Positions 1 to 9,288 of a DNA stretch of 64,000 bases are shown here, in pieces; position 1 is the first letter of the stretch; every line of letters starts with the position of its first letter. The stretch spans positions 3,202,153 to 3,266,152 of the forward strand of contig CBDFJQ010000002.1 in NCBI GenBank assembly GCA_965248575.1, read 5' to 3'. The stretch comes from Planctomycetota bacterium (lineage in GTDB: Bacteria; Planctomycetota; B15-G4). The position numbers and the translations under genes are program-made. The notes beneath the pieces are model-generated. The model had not been told where the DNA came from, did no database searches, and was given only the letters and a program-made list of their open reading frames with translations.

Positions 1-5
1 GGCGA

Positions 6-596
6 TCAGCGCGTGTACTCGATCTCCATCACCTGCATCTCCGAGCCATCCGGCGCGGTGTCGAACATGGTGAAGATCACGGTGCCGTCCTTGTGTTCGA
101 TCAAGGAACGGGTGGGGCGACCGTCAGGCGTCTGGGCGTCGTGCATGCTGCCGTGCGTCTCGATCACGTTTTCGGAGATCTTCACGCCGCGCGACAGCGT
201 GTAGCCGGTGCTCATGCTGTCGATCCAGATGGTCCAGTACTCCTGGGCCAGGTTGTCGTAGCCCTGGATGAGCATGCCTTCGAAGGGCTGCCCCATGAAG
301 TCGCAGCGGTAGTTCTCGATCAAGTAGCGGCCACCCATCGCAGTGCGGATGGTCGAGGTGCCGGGGATCGTCATGGGCGGGGCATCGGGCTCCATCTGCA
401 TCTTCATGGAGGCGTTCCAGGCGCCGACCTGGTTAGCGAAGTCGGCGTGGGCGGGGCCGGGGGTGCCAAACGTCATGGCCGCCTCCATGGCCGCCATGGG
501 ATCCATGCCTTCGTAGGTCATGGTCTTGTCGGAGGTGGCGCAAGCCGAAGCGACGACGAGCAGGCTTCCAAACAGCACGGTCTTCAAGGTCATCAT
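6..596 (-). CDS. DUF1579 family lipoprotein
   Basis: Complete 196-aa ORF. The N-terminal signal peptide has a lipobox-like LVVASAC. The central stretch GGRYLIENYRCDFMGQPFEGMLIQGYDNLAQEYWTIWIDSMSTGY matches the DUF1579 pattern as I recall it. Confidence 0.75.
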   Translation of the reverse strand: MMTLKTVLFGSLLVVASACATSDKTMTYEGMDPMAAMEAAMTFGTPGPAHADFANQVGAWNASMKMQMEPDAPPMTIPGTSTIRTAMGGRYLIENYRCDFMGQPFEGMLIQGYDNLAQEYWTIWIDSMSTGYTLSRGVKISENVIETHGSMHDAQTPDGRPTRSLIEHKDGTVIFTMFDTAPDGSEMQVMEIEYTR

Positions 597-778
597 CTGA
601 GGAACTCAATGAGGGTGTGGGTGGGCCAAACCGCGGGCTCCTGAACAGGCATCGCGGGGCGCAATCAGGCGGGGCATCCTAGCGATTGAGGCCGGGAGGC
701 CGCGAGCGGGGCAGGATGCTGCCAGGGCACCCATTCACTGATGCAGAGGCAATCCACCCTGCCCCGGCACGGCAGCCG

Positions 779-1231
779 TCAGGCGGCGATCCGGCTCTGG
801 AGGAAGGCCTCCAGGCCCTGGGGGTCATCGGTCCCCACCGTGAGCGTCCCGCCGCTCGCCAGCTTGATGTCTACGCATCCGCGGCCTTTGATGTTCCAGG
901 TCCAGCCCTTGAAGGGCAGCCAGTGGATGCCCCAACCCTGGATCAGGGATGTGCGGCCAGCGGTCGCCGAGAGCATGTTCCCGTAAGGCACCTTCTTGCG
1001 CGCCAGGGGCAGGGGCCCGAAGGCGATGGAGAGGTTCTCACCTTTGTCCCGGACCCTGAGCCGCTGGAAAGAAAAGGCAAGCAGCTCAAAAATGCCCGCC
1101 ATGACCCAGGGCAGCGCCTCCAGGCCCGTCTCCAGGACGAGGCCCACCGCCATCATCGGCAGGACCAGGAAATGCAGAAACCAGTGCAGGGATCCACGCT
1201 GCACGTGGTCGTAGGCAGAAGCAGTGGCCAT
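779..1231 (-). CDS. hypothetical membrane protein (two TM helices plus a small C-terminal beta-rich domain)
   Basis: 150-aa ORF with a hydrophobic N-terminal half (WFLHFLVLPMMAVGLVL, VMAGIFELLAFSF). The coding strand was chosen over the overlapping Arg/Pro-rich ORFs. No family recognised. Confidence 0.5.
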   Translation of the reverse strand: MATASAYDHVQRGSLHWFLHFLVLPMMAVGLVLETGLEALPWVMAGIFELLAFSFQRLRVRDKGENLSIAFGPLPLARKKVPYGNMLSATAGRTSLIQGWGIHWLPFKGWTWNIKGRGCVDIKLASGGTLTVGTDDPQGLEAFLQSRIAA

Positions 1232-1376
1232 GGGCTCTCCAGCAACGGGCGCGTCGTCCTTTGGCGCCGTTGTTGGGAGCCGGGCCAGCGAATTGCAGTC
1301 GCAAATCGCCGGCCCGGCCCATCAGCCGCTCTGGAGGGCGCTCAGCCCCCGCAACGGCGGACCCACAAGCGCGCTC

Positions 1377-1991
1377 TCAGTCGTTGAGCGCCTCGTGAAC
1401 CCGACCCACCATCTTGGCGGAGGGCTTGAGGGTGGCGTCACCCTCGTCCTTCCACTTGGAGGGACATCCTTCGTCGGTCTTCTTGGCGAGATACAGGTTC
1501 GCCTTGAACAGGCGCATGATCTCGTCGATGTTCCGACCGTTGTTCAGGAAGTTGACGGAGCTGTTCATGAGCTGCCCTGCGGGGCTGATGATGAACGTGC
1601 CGCGCAGCGGGAGACCCGCCTCTTCCAGGTAGACACCGAACATGCGCGCCAGTGAACCGGTCGTATCCGCACCCATGGGGTACTTCACGTCGGCCAACTG
1701 CTTCTCTTCGCGCTGCCAAGCCAGGTGAGTGAACTGCGTGTCGCAGCTCACGGTGACCAACTCAGCACCCAGCTTCACAAACCGATTGTACTGCTCTGAC
1801 AGAGCAGCGAATTCGGTAGCTCATACGAAGGTAAAGTCGGCGGGGTAGAAGAACAGGATGCTCCACTTCCCTGCCTTGGTGTTCTCAGAGAGGCTGAACT
1901 CCCCGAAGTCTCCCGTGGAGGCATCGAAGGTGGTCAGCTTGAAATCGGGCACCGTTTGCCCGACCTGTATGCCTGCATTCATCTCAGTCAT
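1377..1991 (-). CDS. typical 2-Cys peroxiredoxin (AhpC/Prx1 type) with an in-frame TGA at the peroxidatic Cys position; candidate selenocysteine-containing Prx
   Basis: ORFs 1821..2081 and 1377..1778 are in the same frame and are separated only by the TGA at 1821-1823. The joined translation reads ..WSILFFYPADFTFV-TGA-ATEFAALSEQYNRFVKLGAELV.., the Prx motif FYPxDFTFVCPTE with the Cys codon replaced by TGA. The resolving-Cys motif EGCPSKW is present near the C-terminus. The likely start is the ATG at 1989-1991 (MTEMNAGIQVGQTVPDF). Confidence 0.8.
1782..1816 (-). promoter_or_regulatory. SECIS-like stem-loop immediately downstream of the in-frame UGA
   Basis: The mRNA reads UGA GCUA[CCGAAUU]CG[CUGCUCU]GUC[AGAGCAG]UAC[AAUCGG]. 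It has a 7-bp perfect upper stem, a GUC apical loop, and a 6-bp lower stem with one bulged A. The structure starts 4 nt after the UGA and the apical loop lies about 20 nt from it. Confidence 0.5.
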
Positions 1992-2300
1992 GAGAGTTCC
2001 TTGAGAAAGCTCGGCGAGCAGGGCTCGCCACAACAAGTTGAGGTGGCCGATCTGCTGGCGATGAGTCGCCGGGAACGGCACGTGTTCCGCGCAACACCTC
2101 TCTCGAGGCCCTTGCGGGAACCGGGGAGGTTATCAATTCCGTCGGGAGCCCTCCCGGTGGCACCTCTTCGGACCCGGCGGTAGAGTTCGGAGCCCATGCA
2201 TGCCCCCCCTCCCTCCGCATTGAGCAGCCCTTCTCCGCACGGGGTTTCCGCGGCCTGTGCAGGCTTCCAGCGCCTGGCATCGCCCGCAGCGTGCTGGATC

Positions 2301-4763
2301 ATGTTGGTGCTCGCACTCCTGGTGGCCAGCTCCTGCAGCCCCCCGCAGCCGGACCTGCGGGTCGAGGGCGTGCACGACCTCTACGCGCTCTTCGGCACGG
2401 CCGCCGTGCAGAGCGGCATCGTCTCCGAAGACCCGCCCGTCCTGCTCTACCGCCTGGTGTATCTGGACAACAAGGTGGACGACCGGGACGGCATCGCCTC
2501 CATCCATGCGCCCGCCCGCACCGCCGTGACCTGGCGCCAACTCGCGACCCATGGCCCGGCCCGCCTGAGCTTCGGGTGCGGGGTCGTGCCCATGGAGACC
2601 CGCGCAGCAGTCACCAGCGGCAAGCCGCTCCCAGCCTCCTTACGTGTTCCGGTGCGCTTCCAGGTCGAGGGCTTTGACAGTGCCGCGGGCGAGACCAGCT
2701 TCCGCCCCCTCTTCGACGAGACCTTGGCCCCCACGGATCTCGCCACACTGGACGAAGTGCGCCGCTTCGAGCTGCAGCTCCCCGAGCGCGCCCACGCCTC
2801 GTGGACACTGCGCTTCAGCACGATCCGTGTGGAGCCACCCGCAGCCTCATCCGGCGGCGCGCTGGCCAGCGTGAACTGGCCCGGTTGGTTCGAACCCATG
2901 CTCCGCTCGGATGGCCGCCCTCTGGCCGCAGACGAGGCGCCGGTGGTCGTGCGCACGGTTCACGAGGATCTCGTGGCCTCGCTGGACACGGCAGAGGTTC
3001 TGCAGGAGAACCCGGACGACGTCGTGCGCAGCCGCGCCTTCGACGCCGCGCTGGAGGTCCCGGTCTTCGGCGGGCGGCGCACCCTGGTCTCCGCTAGCGC
3101 ACCGAGCCGTGTGCGCTGGCAGTTGAGCATCCCTCCCGACAGCGCCCTCGACTTCGCCGTAGGCATGGACAGCGAACAGGGCTGGAACCTGCCCGGCGAT
3201 GGCATGAGCTTCGCCGTGGAGATCGACGGGAAGCGAGCCTGGGCGCAATCGCTGAATCCACACAGCGTGACGAACGATCGCGGTTGGCACCTGGCGAGCA
3301 TCGACCTGACCCCCTGGGCAGGGCGCACGGTGGACCTCGAGCTCGTCACGGAGACCGGCGACGACCTGTTGCACGATGTGGGCGGCTGGGCCAACCTGCG
3401 CATCTTGGGCAACAAGAGCACGCGCCGACTGGCTAAGGGCGAGGCGCCCAATGTGCTCGTCCTGCTCATGGACACCCTGCGGGCAGACCGCTTCGGTTGC
3501 TACGGCAACCCCAATGCCCTCACGCCGCGCATGGACGCCGTGGCCGCCATGGGCGTGCGCTTCGCCGACACCCGCACCGTCGCCTCCTACACCTGGCCCT
3601 CCACCGCCTCGCTCTTCACGGGCCTCTACCCCCACGCCCATGGCGTCCTGGGCAACGGGCAGGCCTATCTGGTGGATCGGGTGGAGACCCTGGCCGAGCT
3701 GTTCTCCGAAGCCGGCTACACCACGGGCGCCTTCGTGGCGAACCCTCTCATCAGCCGCGCCGGAAATTTCCAGCAGGGCTTCGAGACCTTCGTGAACGCC
3801 CCCTCGGTGCGCGCCCGGGCGCTCAACGACCGGGTCAGCCATTGGCTGGAGGGGCGCGAAGACACCGCTCTCTTTACCTACGTCCACTACTTCGACCCAC
3901 ACAACCCCTACAACGCTCCTGCGGGCCATGTCCCCGGCGAAGACACGGTGCCCGGCTACAGCCAGACCGACAGCGCCTCCCTCCCGCACCTGGAGCACAC
4001 CTACCCCGACGTAATCTGGGACAAGAAGCAGCAGCGTGACTTCCAGCTCCAGAACAACGGAAACCTGAAGGACTACGACGGCGAGGTGCTCTACCAGGAT
4101 GCGGCCATCGGCGAGCTGCTCGACGAATGGAAGGCGCGCGGCTTGCTCGACAACACGATCGTGGTGCTCATGTCCGATCACGGCGAGGAGTTCTTCGACC
4201 ACGGGCGGCCGTTCCACGGCCCCAACCTCTACGACGAGAGCCTGCACATCCCGCTGATCCTCACGGGCTATGGCGAGGCCGCGCTCGAGCCAGCCGTGGT
4301 CTCCCAAGCCGTGCACATCACGGACATCCTGCCGACCCTCTGCGAACTGAGCGACATCGCCCCACCTCGCAGCCCCGTGGATGGTCGGCCCTTGCTCCCT
4401 GACGGGCGCGCGCCGACCCGTCGCCTGCACGACGAACCGCTCTACTTTCTCTCCATGAACGGCGAGGCTGTGGGCGTGGATGGCATGACGGAAAAGCTGG
4501 CGGTGCTCTCGCCGCCCTGGAAGCTCATCCACACCCCCGTCACCCAGGCCATTGAGCTGTACCGGCTCGATGTCGACCCCGGCGAACTCAACGATCTCAG
4601 CCAAACGGAACCGGCCCAGGCGCAACGACTCATGAAGTCACTGGAGGCCTGGCTCACCAGCGCCATCCAAGGCGGGGCCAACGACACGGGCGTCAGCCCC
4701 GAGCAGGCTTGGTTCCTGCAGCAACTCGGCTACGTCGACGGCACGTCAGGCGACGGGCACTGA
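2301..4763 (+). CDS. sulfatase-like (alkaline phosphatase superfamily) lipoprotein with a ~400-aa N-terminal domain of unknown function; Thr at the nucleophile position
   Basis: The C-terminal half has sulfatase-family motifs: NVLVLLMDTLRADRFGCYG, ASYTWPSTASLFTGLYPHAHGV, VLMSDHGEEFFDHGRPFHGPNLYDESLHIPL, and ELYRLDVDPGELNDL. TWPST occupies the position of C/S-x-P-x-R. The lipoprotein signal MLVLALLVASSC sits at the ATG at 2301. The ORF stays open back to 2196. Confidence 0.85.
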   Translation: MLVLALLVASSCSPPQPDLRVEGVHDLYALFGTAAVQSGIVSEDPPVLLYRLVYLDNKVDDRDGIASIHAPARTAVTWRQLATHGPARLSFGCGVVPMETRAAVTSGKPLPASLRVPVRFQVEGFDSAAGETSFRPLFDETLAPTDLATLDEVRRFELQLPERAHASWTLRFSTIRVEPPAASSGGALASVNWPGWFEPMLRSDGRPLAADEAPVVVRTVHEDLVASLDTAEVLQENPDDVVRSRAFDAALEVPVFGGRRTLVSASAPSRVRWQLSIPPDSALDFAVGMDSEQGWNLPGDGMSFAVEIDGKRAWAQSLNPHSVTNDRGWHLASIDLTPWAGRTVDLELVTETGDDLLHDVGGWANLRILGNKSTRRLAKGEAPNVLVLLMDTLRADRFGCYGNPNALTPRMDAVAAMGVRFADTRTVASYTWPSTASLFTGLYPHAHGVLGNGQAYLVDRVETLAELFSEAGYTTGAFVANPLISRAGNFQQGFETFVNAPSVRARALNDRVSHWLEGREDTALFTYVHYFDPHNPYNAPAGHVPGEDTVPGYSQTDSASLPHLEHTYPDVIWDKKQQRDFQLQNNGNLKDYDGEVLYQDAAIGELLDEWKARGLLDNTIVVLMSDHGEEFFDHGRPFHGPNLYDESLHIPLILTGYGEAALEPAVVSQAVHITDILPTLCELSDIAPPRSPVDGRPLLPDGRAPTRRLHDEPLYFLSMNGEAVGVDGMTEKLAVLSPPWKLIHTPVTQAIELYRLDVDPGELNDLSQTEPAQAQRLMKSLEAWLTSAIQGGANDTGVSPEQAWFLQQLGYVDGTSGDGH

Positions 4764-4829
4764 GGGAAGCTGCCTCGGAGCCACCCCGGGAGCAGACCCA
4801 AGCACGAACTCGAACAGGGCGACGAGCCC

Positions 4830-5897
4830 CTACGACACCCGCTGCAACCAGGCACAGGTGTCACCGCCCTCGACCGGCACGGAAGCGGGCAAGAGCAGGG
4901 GGACCTCCGCTTCCTCCGGGAGCGCAACCTTGCCGAAACGGAAACCCACCCGGGTCTCTGCGGCCCAGCCGTGGGTCTGTGCCGCCCAGACGGCCCACGC
5001 CCGCGCCACGAATCCGAATGTCCAGCGGGGGTTCACCTCGCACAGGGAGCGGAAGGCTCGCTTTCCATCCGGCTTGCGGTAAGCGAAGGCATCGACGCTG
5101 AACGGCCCGAGGTAACCGGCCTGCGCCAGCTGGCCGCCGACCCTCGTGCTGACGAGTTGAAGTTCCTCCCACTCGGCCGTCGACAGCTCAGGCAAGGGCT
5201 CATGACCCAGCATCACATCCACGCCGCGAAAACCCCCGGTGGAGGTGACGTGCAGGCGATGCCCTCCTTCGAGACGCACGCCACCCTGCTCCACCACGCC
5301 CCGGCAGCCCACATCCAGCAAGCGCGGCAACCAGGGTTCCAGCAGGGCGCCACCAGCCTCTCCGCCGGGCGCTGCAAGCATGGCCCTCACGGCTGGCGAT
5401 TCGTCCACAGCCGTCCCATCCCGCAGGGCCGTACCCCGACCGTGCAGGGCCCCGCGCCCCGCCGAAGACCATTCGGACTTGAGCACCCAGGGGAACTCCT
5501 CGCTGCAGCCGCGCTGGCTCAGGGCCGCGTACAGCTCATCGACGTCGTGCACCCAGCGGATGCCTTCCAGGGAGGCCGACTGCATGACCTGCATGCACTC
5601 CAGGTCGAACCGGCGACTGAAGATGCGGGCGTTGCTGCCTCTCTCATCCGCCCAACGGATTCTCGGTTGCAGAAGACGCTGGCCCTCCCCGCTCAGATAG
5701 GTAGGGGAAGGCAGCCCGGCCAGTTCGGGCACCCGGCTCACGTCCAGCTCCCGGGGGGTCCAGAGGCCTTCACGGGGTCGTGCCAACACCCGCAAGAGGG
5801 AGCCCGCTGCAGAGAGCCTTCTCTGCAGCGACTCGGGCAGGGTTTGCCCCCCCAGACGCGCTTCCACATCCAGGTTCGCCAGCACCCCCTCGTTCAT
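4830..5897 (-). CDS. ATP-grasp fold protein (function unknown)
   Basis: 355-aa ORF. The C-terminal part (LGPFSVDAFAYRKPDGKRAFRSLCEVNPRWTFGF) resembles the ATP-grasp E-x-N-P-R signature. Its start overlaps the upstream gene's stop in an ATGA at 5894-5897. Confidence 0.6.
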   Translation of the reverse strand: MNEGVLANLDVEARLGGQTLPESLQRRLSAAGSLLRVLARPREGLWTPRELDVSRVPELAGLPSPTYLSGEGQRLLQPRIRWADERGSNARIFSRRFDLECMQVMQSASLEGIRWVHDVDELYAALSQRGCSEEFPWVLKSEWSSAGRGALHGRGTALRDGTAVDESPAVRAMLAAPGGEAGGALLEPWLPRLLDVGCRGVVEQGGVRLEGGHRLHVTSTGGFRGVDVMLGHEPLPELSTAEWEELQLVSTRVGGQLAQAGYLGPFSVDAFAYRKPDGKRAFRSLCEVNPRWTFGFVARAWAVWAAQTHGWAAETRVGFRFGKVALPEEAEVPLLLPASVPVEGGDTCAWLQRVS

Positions 5898-6706
5898 GAG
5901 CGAGCACCCTCGCTGGCGGCCAGGCGCGCGAGAAAGTCCGGCGGCAAACCCACGGCGCTCCGCACGTCCTCATGCAGGGTGCGCCCCCGGGCGAGGGCCG
6001 GACGGAGCGGCCAGACCAGGCTGCTCTCCCAGGCTTCGACGCAACTCTGGTCGGCCTCCTTGAACTGCTCCAGCCACTGCAAGCCGAAACGTACGTGGCG
6101 AATCTCATCGGCATGCACTTCGCGCAGAACGGCCGCGGTGTCCTTGTCCCCCACCGCCTCCGCTGCCGCCGCGTAGTCCAGGGTGTGGTCCAGGTTGGCG
6201 TTCTCGAACGTCAGGCACATCGAGCAGACAAAGCGGAGCGGCGTCGAGAAGTGTTCGAGTTTGCCCCAGAAGTAGCCGCTGAGAGGGTGGTCGCCGAAGC
6301 GCACACCGTGCTCTTCCAGGCGTTCGATGTAGAGACGCGCATGCCGCTGCTCATCCCGAAGGGCGCTCAGTAGACCCTGTCGGAAGGCGCTGGGCGACTC
6401 GGGGAACGCGAGCAGCGCCCATGCGAAAAGCTCCACGGCCTGCAGCTCGTGATTGGCGAAGGCGTGCAGGATGCGCGCCCGCTGCGCCGGATCCGCCATG
6501 CCCTCCAAGGGCGGCACCTTCGTCTCGGGGCCGCTGCGGATCGCCAGGCGGGATTCCCGCCGGGGCTCGCGCGGCAAGTACTCCGGCACCCGGCCGACTG
6601 GCTCATCAACCAGACTGCGCGCAGGCGCCTCGAGCTTTGCTTCGAGTTCGGTCGAACACACGATGCGCTCGGCGACCTCACGCAGGCTGGAATCGGCACG
6701 GTCCAT
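5894..6706 (-). CDS. DUF455 family ferritin-like (di-iron type) protein
   Basis: 270 aa from the ATG at 6704-6706. Motifs AFANHELQAVELFAWALLAF, LRDEQRHARLYIERLEEHG and VHADEIRHVRFGLQWL give two E..H-type helices as in ferritin-like/DUF455 proteins. The longer 534-aa ORF in the track is an upstream extension with non-protein-like composition. Confidence 0.75.
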   Translation of the reverse strand: MDRADSSLREVAERIVCSTELEAKLEAPARSLVDEPVGRVPEYLPREPRRESRLAIRSGPETKVPPLEGMADPAQRARILHAFANHELQAVELFAWALLAFPESPSAFRQGLLSALRDEQRHARLYIERLEEHGVRFGDHPLSGYFWGKLEHFSTPLRFVCSMCLTFENANLDHTLDYAAAAEAVGDKDTAAVLREVHADEIRHVRFGLQWLEQFKEADQSCVEAWESSLVWPLRPALARGRTLHEDVRSAVGLPPDFLARLAASEGARS

Positions 6707-6784
6707 GTCGGAGAGCCTAGCAAGCTGCCAACCGTGTCTGCTTGCGACGGCTGGTACCATCGGCGCCTTTCCACGGCCGACCCC

Positions 6785-9277
6785 ATGCCTGCCTCTGCTC
6801 GCCAACACGCTTCCGCATCGCCGATGCCCAGGTCTCGGTGGAGCCGACTCTTGCTCATGGCAGGGTTGTCGCTCGCCTGCTCCGCATGTGCCGAGCAGAG
6901 CGCCCCGCTCCGGGTGGAGCGCGTCCATGACCTGGTCAGCATGCTGCCCAGCGCCGAAGCCACGGGACGCCATCCCTACACCCTCGGCCTGCGCCCTGAC
7001 ATCGACAACGAGGTCGACGATCGAGATGGCATCGTCTACATCCGCGCCGCGAACGAAGCGGCCTACACCTTTCGCGAGCTGAGCACCTCCGGTGCGGCAG
7101 AGTTGAGCTTCGGCATCGGCGTCCTGCTTGAACAAGGCGGACAGCAGACACCGAAACCCGGCCCCATCACATTCCGCATCGAGGCGATGGAAGCGGATGC
7201 AACGCACGGCGCCTTCATCACGGTCTTCGAAGAGTCCCACCCGGCGGCGTACTTCCCAGCCCCGGAGCTGCGCACCGACCACCGGCTGACGCTGCCCGAC
7301 CCGGCCTTGGACGTCCTCCAGAACGACGCCGGGGCGAAGAACAGGGACGGGCCCGAACGCCATTGGACCCTGCGCTTCTCCTCTGCCCTCACCAGCGGGG
7401 GCCAGGGCCGCCGCACCTGGCCGGGATGGTTCCAGCCCGTGCTCCGCTCCCAGGGACGCCTCGCGAGCCTGGAAGAACGTGCCGTCCCCACGCGCCACGT
7501 CGCCCTCGACCTGCTGCAGGCCTTCGACTCAGCCCAGGTGCTGCAGGAGTCCGCAGCCGCTGCCGTCCGGCGCGCGCCGCTCGATGCCGCGGAGGGCGTG
7601 AACGTCCACGGTGGCCCCCGGAATTCACTGGCGGCCACAGCTCCCTCGCGCATCGCCTGGGAGCTCGACATTCCCCGCAGCGCCACGCTGGACTTCGCCT
7701 GTGGCATGGACACCCACAGTGGCTGGATGCTCCCGGGCGATGGCATGTCCTTTGCCGTCGAGGTCAACGGCGAGCGCATCTGGTCGCGCTTCCTCAATGG
7801 CCACGAGGTCGAGCTGGAACGTGGGTGGAAGCCCGCGTCCCTCGACCTGTCGCCCTGGGCCGGTCAACGAGTGAGCCTCGAGCTCATCACCGAAACGGGA
7901 GAGGACGGCGAGCACGATGCCGGTGCCTGGGCCCATCCGCGCATCCTGGAAGCGGGGGAGACCCCGCGTCGCGCGGCAGGCGACGGGCCGAACGTGCTGC
8001 TGATCGTGATCGACACCCTGCGTGCGGACGCCCTCGGTTGCTACGGAGCGCCGGGCAACCCCACACCCCGTCTGGATGCCTTGGCTGCCCAGGGAGTGTT
8101 CTTCTCCCAGTCCCGTTCGGTGTCCTCCTTCACCTGGCCCGCGACGGGCAGCATCCTCACCGGGCTCTACCCCCATGCCCATGGCGTGGTGGGCCGCAAG
8201 CGAGCGTTCCTGGCAGATCATCTCGAGACGCTGGCCGAGCTCTTCACCGCAGACGGTTACAGCACGGGAGCCTTCGTGGCGAACCCCATCGTGGGCTCCG
8301 CCACGAACTTCCATCAGGGTTTCGAGAGCTTCGCCAACCTGCCTCAGGCCCGGGCCCGCGCACTCAACGAGCGCGTCATGCTCTGGACGGAGAATCAGCA
8401 AGGCGCGGCTGTCATGGCCTACGTGCACTACTTCGACCCGCACGACCCCTATCTGCCCCCCGCTGAGTTCCGGCCGGAGCTGGAGATCGATGCCGTCAGC
8501 ACCGCGCTCGACGACGTCTCCATCCGCCACCTCACGGCACTCAAGGGCGACGACGTCGACGCCAGCTGGGACGCCGAGAAGGTCGATCTCTTCGGCCGCT
8601 CCGTCCGACTCGACGAATTGCTCTACGAGGCTGAGGTGCGCTACACCGACGCTGCCATCGGCGAACTCATCGACGCTTGGCAAGCCGCAGGGCTGCTGGA
8701 CGACGCCTTGGTGGTCGTCACCGCCGACCACGGTGAGGAGTTCTACGAGCACGGCCGTCCCTATCACGGCACCCACCTCTGGGAGGAGAGCATCCGCGTG
8801 CCGCTCTGGGTGACGGGCTTCGGCAAGAGCGCCTTTCCCGGGCGCCGCGTCGACACACCGACCAGCGTCGTGGACATCCTGCCCACCCTGCTCGAAGCCC
8901 TCGGCCTCGAGGCGCCGCCCTACGACCTGCCCGGCAGGTCGCTGCTGGACTCCTTCAGCACGGAGCCCTCCTTTGCGCACACCGCCTCTGGGCTGGAGCT
9001 GGGCTTCGAGGGTGCCCTCGATCGGCTCTGCGCCACGCTCCCTCCATGGAAGCTGATCTGGACGCCGGGAGCCGAGCTCGCTCAGCTGTACAAGCTCGAC
9101 GAGGACCCGCGAGAGGCCGTCGATGTCGCCGCGCAGCATCCCGACGTCGTGGCGCGCCTCAAGGGGGCCATCGACGCCTGGTTGGAAGCGTCCATCCGCG
9201 CCGCACCCGAACACGACGGAGCCGTGGGCCAGGAGATGCAAAGCTGGCTCGAGGCGCTGGGCTACACCGGGCGCTAG
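6785..9277 (+). CDS. sulfatase-like lipoprotein, paralog of 2301..4763 (same N-terminal domain, Thr at the nucleophile position)
   Basis: Collinear similarity to 2301..4763 runs along the whole length: LRVERVHDL, DNEVDDRDGI, WPGWFQPVLRS, GDGMSFAVEVNG, LDLSPWAGQRVSLELITETGED, NVLLIVIDTLRADALGCYG, SSFTWPATGSILTGLYPHAHGV, TADHGEEFYEHGRPYHG. Signal peptide is RLLLMAGLSLACSAC. The start is the ATG at 6785 or at 6824. The upstream part of ORF 6449.. overlaps the DUF455 gene and is not coding. Confidence 0.85.
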   Translation: MPASARQHASASPMPRSRWSRLLLMAGLSLACSACAEQSAPLRVERVHDLVSMLPSAEATGRHPYTLGLRPDIDNEVDDRDGIVYIRAANEAAYTFRELSTSGAAELSFGIGVLLEQGGQQTPKPGPITFRIEAMEADATHGAFITVFEESHPAAYFPAPELRTDHRLTLPDPALDVLQNDAGAKNRDGPERHWTLRFSSALTSGGQGRRTWPGWFQPVLRSQGRLASLEERAVPTRHVALDLLQAFDSAQVLQESAAAAVRRAPLDAAEGVNVHGGPRNSLAATAPSRIAWELDIPRSATLDFACGMDTHSGWMLPGDGMSFAVEVNGERIWSRFLNGHEVELERGWKPASLDLSPWAGQRVSLELITETGEDGEHDAGAWAHPRILEAGETPRRAAGDGPNVLLIVIDTLRADALGCYGAPGNPTPRLDALAAQGVFFSQSRSVSSFTWPATGSILTGLYPHAHGVVGRKRAFLADHLETLAELFTADGYSTGAFVANPIVGSATNFHQGFESFANLPQARARALNERVMLWTENQQGAAVMAYVHYFDPHDPYLPPAEFRPELEIDAVSTALDDVSIRHLTALKGDDVDASWDAEKVDLFGRSVRLDELLYEAEVRYTDAAIGELIDAWQAAGLLDDALVVVTADHGEEFYEHGRPYHGTHLWEESIRVPLWVTGFGKSAFPGRRVDTPTSVVDILPTLLEALGLEAPPYDLPGRSLLDSFSTEPSFAHTASGLELGFEGALDRLCATLPPWKLIWTPGAELAQLYKLDEDPREAVDVAAQHPDVVARLKGAIDAWLEASIRAAPEHDGAVGQEMQSWLEALGYTGR

Positions 9278-9288
9278 AGCCGCGCTTT

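Noticed and set aside
2884-2900. The sequence GGTTGGTTCGAACCCATG, which resembles a tRNA T-arm (GGTTCGAA).
   Set aside because: It lies inside a well-supported CDS (codons ..PGWFEPM..). No acceptor or anticodon stems can be drawn around it.
5894-7498. A 534-aa version of the DUF455 ORF, extending 264 codons upstream of the ATG at 6704-6706.
   Set aside because: The upstream part overlaps the start of the paralogous sulfatase-like gene on the other strand and has a non-protein-like, Gly/Arg/Ala-rich composition. The family-like sequence begins at MDRADSS.
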